Positions 59,708-64,000 of a DNA stretch of 64,000 bases are shown one piece after another. The number at the start of each line of letters is the position of its first letter. Within the stretch, counting starts at the first letter, position 1. The stretch is from contig JAOPTT010000007.1 in assembly GCA_051531975.1 (NCBI GenBank), forward strand, positions 216,985 to 280,984. The letters run 5' to 3'. The position numbers were made by a program, and so were the translations under genes. The stretch is from Spirochaetaceae bacterium (GTDB lineage Bacteria > Spirochaetota > Spirochaetia > DSM-2461). The notes beneath the pieces are model-generated. The model did no database searches. It saw nothing but the letters and a program-made list of their open reading frames with translations, and had not been told where the DNA came from.

Positions 59708-60985
59708 ATGAAAAAATTCTGGCAAGATAGAAGAAGTGGTAGTTTAGTTAACCGACCACATAACGATAGAGATTCATACGAAAGAGATCGAGCACGTATA
59801 ATCCATTCTGCTGCATTTAGACGTTTACAATCTAAAACCCAGGTACTAGGAGTCTCAGATGGAGATTTCCATAGAACTAGACTTACTCATTCAATGGAAG
59901 TTGCTCAGATTGGTAAAGGAATAGTAAATCAACTCTCAGGTCAAAGCGAATATTTGCCTCCTGTAGACTTAATAGAAGCCATAGGTTTAGCCCATGATAT
60001 TGGGCATCCTCCATTTGGACATGGTGGAGAATTAGCACTGAATACCATGATGAGAGAGTGGGGTGGTTTTGAAGGTAACGGTCAGACACTACGTCTATTA
60101 TCAAAGTTGGAAGCACATACTCCAGGTTATGGACTTAATTTAACTAGAAGAACTATGTTAGGAGTAATAAAATATCCAGTAAGTTATTCGTTATTACTCA
60201 AAAAAAGTGTCGAAACAGGAAAAGTTCATCCTCCTAAATGTTATCACGACTCCGAGATAGATGTTGTTGATTGGATATTAGATCCATTTTCAGCTGAAGA
60301 TAGAGAACTTTTTACTTCATATATAGCTCCCACAACAGAAAAGGTGGGTAAAACAAAGTTTCATTCTATAGATACTTCTGTTATGGAATTAGCAGATGAT
60401 ATTTCGTATGCTGTTCATGATTTTGAAGATGGAGTTGCTCTTAAACTTATCACTAGTGATGTATGGGCTGAAGTTGAAGACAAAGTTGATCCATTATGGA
60501 TGAAAAAAATGGGGTTAAACAGTGTAAAAGAGGAGCTCTTTAATACTACTGTAGATTTTCATCATCTAAGAAAAAGAGCAATTGGTGGTTTAGTTCACGC
60601 CTTAATTATTTCGGCAAGTGTTGTAACTGTTCCGGGGTTCCAGTCTGCAATCTTAAGTTCCAATGTTGGATTGACACCAGAAGCTCAGGTTCTGTTAAAC
60701 GTTTTAAAAGGTATTACCACAAGATATATTATTAAATCTCAGTCTGGGCAGACAATAGAATACAAAGGTCGGCATGTTGTATCTAAACTATTTGAAGCAT
60801 TCTCTTCTGATCCTGAAATGTTAATGCCAAAAGACTTTGTTAATGTATACCAAAGTCAAGATACAGAAGCATTAAGAAAAAGAGTTATATGCGATTATAT
60901 CTCAGGTATGTCTGATGCTTATGCAGGTAAAATATATAGCCGGCTTTTTATACCAGGTAGTGGGACGGCTTTTGATCTATTATGA
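59708..60985 (+). CDS. dgt: dGTP triphosphohydrolase-like HD protein
   Basis: RDRARIIHSAAFRRLQSKTQV, RTRLTHSMEV, AHDIGHPPFGH, ADDISY, DYISGMSD. Confidence 0.9.
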   Translation: MKKFWQDRRSGSLVNRPHNDRDSYERDRARIIHSAAFRRLQSKTQVLGVSDGDFHRTRLTHSMEVAQIGKGIVNQLSGQSEYLPPVDLIEAIGLAHDIGHPPFGHGGELALNTMMREWGGFEGNGQTLRLLSKLEAHTPGYGLNLTRRTMLGVIKYPVSYSLLLKKSVETGKVHPPKCYHDSEIDVVDWILDPFSAEDRELFTSYIAPTTEKVGKTKFHSIDTSVMELADDISYAVHDFEDGVALKLITSDVWAEVEDKVDPLWMKKMGLNSVKEELFNTTVDFHHLRKRAIGGLVHALIISASVVTVPGFQSAILSSNVGLTPEAQVLLNVLKGITTRYIIKSQSGQTIEYKGRHVVSKLFEAFSSDPEMLMPKDFVNVYQSQDTEALRKRVICDYISGMSDAYAGKIYSRLFIPGSGTAFDLL

Positions 60986-62415
60986 TGTTATTTGAAATTA
61001 TATTTATTTTTACAATTTTATTATCAGTACTCTACTGCTTCAATTATGAAAACAGAGTAGGTGGTAAAATTTGTGCTATTATAACTGCCTTAGTATCTAT
61101 ATCCTATCTTTTATTTGAAGGATATAGGTGGCAATTGGTTCCAACCTATATTACGTCTGTTTTTATTATACTGTTTTTAATACTTGGAGTTAAATTTAAA
61201 AAGAAAGGCCTAATGTCTATTTCCATCATTTTACTGTTTCTTTCTGCTATACTCGTGGTAGTTCTTCCAAGGTTCTCTCTACCAGAAACTACTGGAGAAT
61301 TTCACGTTGGTACTAAATATTTTATTTTAACTGATAAAGCTAGAGAAGAGCATTTTACGAAAGAAAAAAATGATTATAGGGAAATAGTTGTCAAAGTTTG
61401 GTACCCATCTGAATCTCCTCTTGGTATTAATCCTGAACCATATTGGGAGAAGGGGTTAGAGGGAGTAAATCTGGCAAACAATATGGGACTTCCAGGTTTC
61501 ATCTTCGATTATATATCAGGTATTAAAACCAACTCTTATCCCGAGGCAGAAATATCTGACAAGCAGCATAAATACCCTGTTTTACTATTTTCTCATGGGT
61601 ATAGAAGTTATGCATCCTTTAACAGGGTAGTTATGGAAGAGCTAGCAAGTCATGGATATGTAATTATAAATATTACCCATCCCTACGAAGCTTCTGTAAC
61701 AAAATTATCTAGCGGTGAATTAGTAGGTATTTCAGACGAGATTATTAAGCAGATGAAAAAAGCTGAAAGTCTAAACCGAGATGTTTTACATAATTTATTA
61801 AATTCAGAAACTACAGCTAGTAGAGAAGTTTATGCTAGAGAATTTACAAAAAATATTCCTATCTTTTCAAAAAGTATTTATAACTGGGCAGATGATACTA
61901 AGTTTATATTAGATAAATTACCGGAAATTGATGAAAAATATATGTCTAATAGTTTAGACATGGATAATATCGGTATATTTGGGCACTCCTTAGGTGGCTC
62001 TACTGCAATTGAAGTCGCAATTACTGATAACCGAATAAAAGCTGCTGTTAACTACGATGGTCTATTAAGTGGTTCAATTCTTAATGGTAAAACATTAAAT
62101 AAACCATTTATGATGTTAAACTCTGAACCTAATAAAAATATTAACGATTATTTATATAAACAGTTAACTGGTAAAACCTATATTTATACTATTAGAGGCA
62201 GTTTGCATAACGATTTCACAGATAATCCTCTTCTATCTCCTTTGTTAAGTTATGTTGGTATGTCTGGAAAGATATCCGGTAAACATGTTGTGAATTTAAC
62301 TAGAGATTATACTCTCGCCTTTTTTGATAAACAGTTTAAAGATATTGATTCTCTATTATTAGAAGGAAATTCTGGATTTTATTCAGAAGTTGATGTTGAT
62401 TTATTACAAAGATAA
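60982..62415 (+). CDS. Membrane-anchored alpha/beta hydrolase (PAF-acetylhydrolase-like)
   Basis: N-terminal TM helices, FSHG, ELASHGY, GHSLGG nucleophile, HNDFTD. Confidence 0.85.
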   Translation: MMLFEIIFIFTILLSVLYCFNYENRVGGKICAIITALVSISYLLFEGYRWQLVPTYITSVFIILFLILGVKFKKKGLMSISIILLFLSAILVVVLPRFSLPETTGEFHVGTKYFILTDKAREEHFTKEKNDYREIVVKVWYPSESPLGINPEPYWEKGLEGVNLANNMGLPGFIFDYISGIKTNSYPEAEISDKQHKYPVLLFSHGYRSYASFNRVVMEELASHGYVIINITHPYEASVTKLSSGELVGISDEIIKQMKKAESLNRDVLHNLLNSETTASREVYAREFTKNIPIFSKSIYNWADDTKFILDKLPEIDEKYMSNSLDMDNIGIFGHSLGGSTAIEVAITDNRIKAAVNYDGLLSGSILNGKTLNKPFMMLNSEPNKNINDYLYKQLTGKTYIYTIRGSLHNDFTDNPLLSPLLSYVGMSGKISGKHVVNLTRDYTLAFFDKQFKDIDSLLLEGNSGFYSEVDVDLLQR

Positions 62416-62424
62416 ACAGTTCTT

Positions 62425-62453
62425 TTGACCACAATCTAAAAAAAATATAATAT
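62425..62453 (+). promoter_or_regulatory. sigma70 promoter of metH
   Basis: TTGACC-17-TAATAT. Confidence 0.5.
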
Positions 62454-62483
62454 AAGCTATCCTTAATTTATATGGAGTCATAT

Positions 62484-64000
62484 ATGACTAAAAATAAAAT
62501 ATTAGATTTAATGAAGAAACGAATCCTTATATTAGATGGTGCCATGGGTACCATGATTCAGAAGTTAAAACTAACAGAAGATGACTTTCGTGGAGAGAGG
62601 TTCAAGAACCATTCAAAACCTTTACAGGGTAATAATGATCTGTTAACACTTACAAAACCTAGTGTAATAAAAGAAATACATAAAGACTTTTTAGATGCAG
62701 GCGCTGACTTTATTTCTACTAATACATTTAACTCAACAGCTGTGTCCCAAGAGGATTATGGAACAGAAGACCTTGTATATGAACTAAATTATCAAGCTGC
62801 TAAAATCGCAAGAGAGGTTTGTGACCAGTATACAGATCCTAATAAACCTAGATTTGTTGTTGGTGCAATAGGCCCTACTAGTAGAACATTATCAATGAGT
62901 CCAGACGTTAATAATCCAGGTTTTAGAAATATTGAATTCGACGTTTTAAAAGAGGACTATTTTGTAGGGGTAAAAGCCCTAATAGAAGGTGGAGTAGATA
63001 TTCTTTTAGTAGAAACTGTATTTGATACACTTAATGCTAAAGCTTGTATTGTTGCAATTAAAGAGTATTTTTCCCAGTGTGGTAAAGTGTATCCGGTTAT
63101 GATTTCAGGCACTATCACAGATGCTAGTGGAAGAACACTTTCTGGTCAAACAGCAACATCATTTTATTATTCAGTTTCTCATATAGAGCCTATATCTATC
63201 GGTTTCAACTGTGCCCTAGGGGCAGGTGATTTAAAACCTCATTTAGAAGATATAAGTAAAATAGCTTGGTGTGGTGTATCAACTCACCCTAATGCAGGAC
63301 TTCCAAATGAATTTGGTGAGTACGATCAATCTCCAGAATTTATGGCTAATATTATTGGTGAGTTTGCCACTGATGGTTTACTAAACATTGTAGGAGGGTG
63401 TTGTGGAACAACTCCAGACCATATTAGAGCTATCTCAAATATTGTTTCTGACAAAAAAACAAGAGAACCAAAAGAAAATCCACATAACAGCTTCTATACA
63501 GGACTTGAACCCTTAGTTCTAAACAGTGATTCCTTGTTTAAAAATGTAGGAGAGAGAAATAACGTTACCGGTTCTAAAAAGTTTGCTCGTTTAATTAGAG
63601 AAAAAAAATATGAAGAAGCCTTAGATGTATCAAGAAGTCAGGTAGAAAACGGTGCAGATGTTATTGATGTTAACTTAGATGAAGCCATGTTAGATTCAGC
63701 AGTTGAGATGAAGATATTTTTAAGTCTTATAGCTTCTGAACCTGAAATTTCTAAAGTCCCACTAATGATTGATTCATCTAAATGGGAAGTAATTGAAGCA
63801 GGTCTTAAATGTGTTCAAGGTAAAGCTATTGTTAACTCAATTAGTCTGAAAGAGGGCGAAGAAAAGTTTTTAGAATATGCAACAAAAGTAAGAAACTACG
63901 GTGCCGCAGCAATTGTTATGGCATTTGATGAAAATGGACAAGCTGATACAGCTAAAAGAAAGTTAGAAATATGTACAAGAAGTTATAACTTACTTACAAA
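62484..64000 (+). CDS. metH: Cobalamin-dependent methionine synthase, 5' part (runs off the window; absent from the ORF track)
   Basis: Manual translation [26 protein letters not shown]...GNNDLL...TNTFN...SGRTLSGQT...NCALG...PNAGLPN...GGCCGT...[12 protein letters not shown]. Confidence 0.96.
   Translation, partial: MTKNKILDLMKKRILILDGAMGTMIQKLKLTEDDFRGERFKNHSKPLQGNNDLLTLTKPSVIKEIHKDFLDAGADFISTNTFNSTAVSQEDYGTEDLVYELNYQAAKIAREVCDQYTDPNKPRFVVGAIGPTSRTLSMSPDVNNPGFRNIEFDVLKEDYFVGVKALIEGGVDILLVETVFDTLNAKACIVAIKEYFSQCGKVYPVMISGTITDASGRTLSGQTATSFYYSVSHIEPISIGFNCALGAGDLKPHLEDISKIAWCGVSTHPNAGLPNEFGEYDQSPEFMANIIGEFATDGLLNIVGGCCGTTPDHIRAISNIVSDKKTREPKENPHNSFYTGLEPLVLNSDSLFKNVGERNNVTGSKKFARLIREKKYEEALDVSRSQVENGADVIDVNLDEAMLDSAVEMKIFLSLIASEPEISKVPLMIDSSKWEVIEAGLKCVQGKAIVNSISLKEGEEKFLEYATKVRNYGAAAIVMAFDENGQADTAKRKLEICTRSYNLLT

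Noticed and set aside
62416..62483. SAM or cobalamin riboswitch upstream of metH
   Set aside because: Only 68 bp, largely filled by promoter and SD; no aptamer motifs
1..64000. Mobile elements, tRNA/rRNA genes, prophage or toxin-antitoxin genes
   Set aside because: No transposase, integrase or phage ORFs, and no GC-rich structural RNA signature seen in any intergenic gap

Overview
AT-rich, gene-dense bacterial chromosome segment, most likely from a free-living spirochaete. This is inferred from the 'LFASGAGE'-type binding-protein signal peptide and a 146-aa CheY resembling spirochaetal CheY3. I found no rRNA, tRNA, IS element, prophage or CRISPR array. Left end (1-5.0 kb): partial beta-barrel gene, two GNATs, a MarR/NAD(P)H-oxidoreductase pair with three operator boxes, and a sigma54-type amtB-glnK operon. 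From about 5.1 to 38.6 kb: a xylan/xylose utilisation island. It holds a directly duplicated oligosaccharide ABC module enclosing a GH10 lipoprotein xylanase and a GH43, two AraR-like repressors, a ChvE/GguAB-type ABC transporter, an XylFII-LytS-YesN-like sensing module, an xylB-tkt-xylA(II)-cupin-GH43 operon, a GH1, two AraC regulators and prs. From about 38.6 to 57.6 kb: a signalling-rich region with an orphan SBP and kinase, a CpdA-like phosphodiesterase, a hybrid kinase, a PilZ protein, and an operon Hpt - 1,804-aa multi-sensor hybrid kinase - REC/adenylate cyclase/CBS - REC - CheY3-like - uraA. Right end: a 49-bp duplication of the uraA 3' end, a HAD phosphatase, a dGTPase, an alpha/beta hydrolase and the 5' part of metH. 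Best candidates for something new: the branched phosphorelay coupling cAMP synthesis and a CheY3-like output, the direct-repeat-flanked xylanase cassette, and apparently leaderless expression of most regulator genes.
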